Source: an uncultured Clostridia bacterium
GTDB lineage: Bacteria > Bacillota > Clostridia > TANB77 > CAG-508
Reading direction: 5' to 3'
Length of the DNA: 42,907 bases
NCBI GenBank assembly: GCA_904384205.1
Contig: CAJFJY010000006.1
Span: forward strand, 1-42,907
The translations under genes were made by a program, and so were the position numbers. Of this stretch, positions 42,741 to 42,907 are shown piece by piece. The number at the start of each line of letters is the position of its first letter. The stretch's first letter is position 1. A model generated the notes under the pieces. The model saw only the letters and a list, made by a program, of their open reading frames with translations, was not told where the DNA came from and did no database searches.

Positions 42741-42819
42741 CTCCTAGCTCACCTCCAAGTAAAGTTTGGACTTCTATTATTTTCTCGAAAAATTCTTTTC
42801 TTGTGCTATCTCCTCGTAT
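42730..42819 (-). pseudogene. 3' remnant of a BceA-like ABC ATPase
   Basis: IRGDSTRKEFFEKIIEVQTLLGGELGDVI* overlaps the permease start as bceA does; upstream in-frame codons show no ATPase H-loop or similarity. Confidence 0.6.
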
Positions 42820-42907
42820 AATATATTTACAATCAATTTTAAAAGTTAAAATTACATTAAATAAATGATTGTAAAGAAAATTTAATGTAAAGTAGTAAAG
42901 GATTATT

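Overview
A very AT-rich chromosomal segment from a spore-forming Clostridia-like Firmicute (spoIIA operon, spoIID/spoIIQ, Spo0A boxes, splB-like gene). Almost all genes are on the minus strand. They are mostly housekeeping (dCMP deaminase, thyA-folA, obgE, trpS, rimO, rng, pth, ruvC, murB, addA), cell-envelope and sporulation genes. No transposase, integrase, rRNA, tRNA or CRISPR array was recognised. Main observations: (1) Two genes, the normally essential trpS and a prepilin/GLUG-repeat surface protein, are each split by the same +1 break. An in-frame CGG codon is followed by A, and skipping the C yields a conserved Gly (GGA). I found no in-frame CGG in any intact gene, which suggests CGG(A)-triggered +1 recoding or quadruplet decoding. 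(2) The same pilin-like gene sits behind an apparent invertible promoter: perfect 25-bp inverted repeats flank a TTGACA-N17-TATTAT promoter that currently points away from the gene. (3) Several families of palindromic intergenic elements sit at or over stop codons. (4) There is also a tail-less stand-alone FtsZ paralog, a Cys->Arg radical-SAM motif, an orphan bceA-like 3' remnant, and a spoIIA-spoIID-spoIIQ fused cluster. All family assignments come from motif recognition by eye, not database searches.
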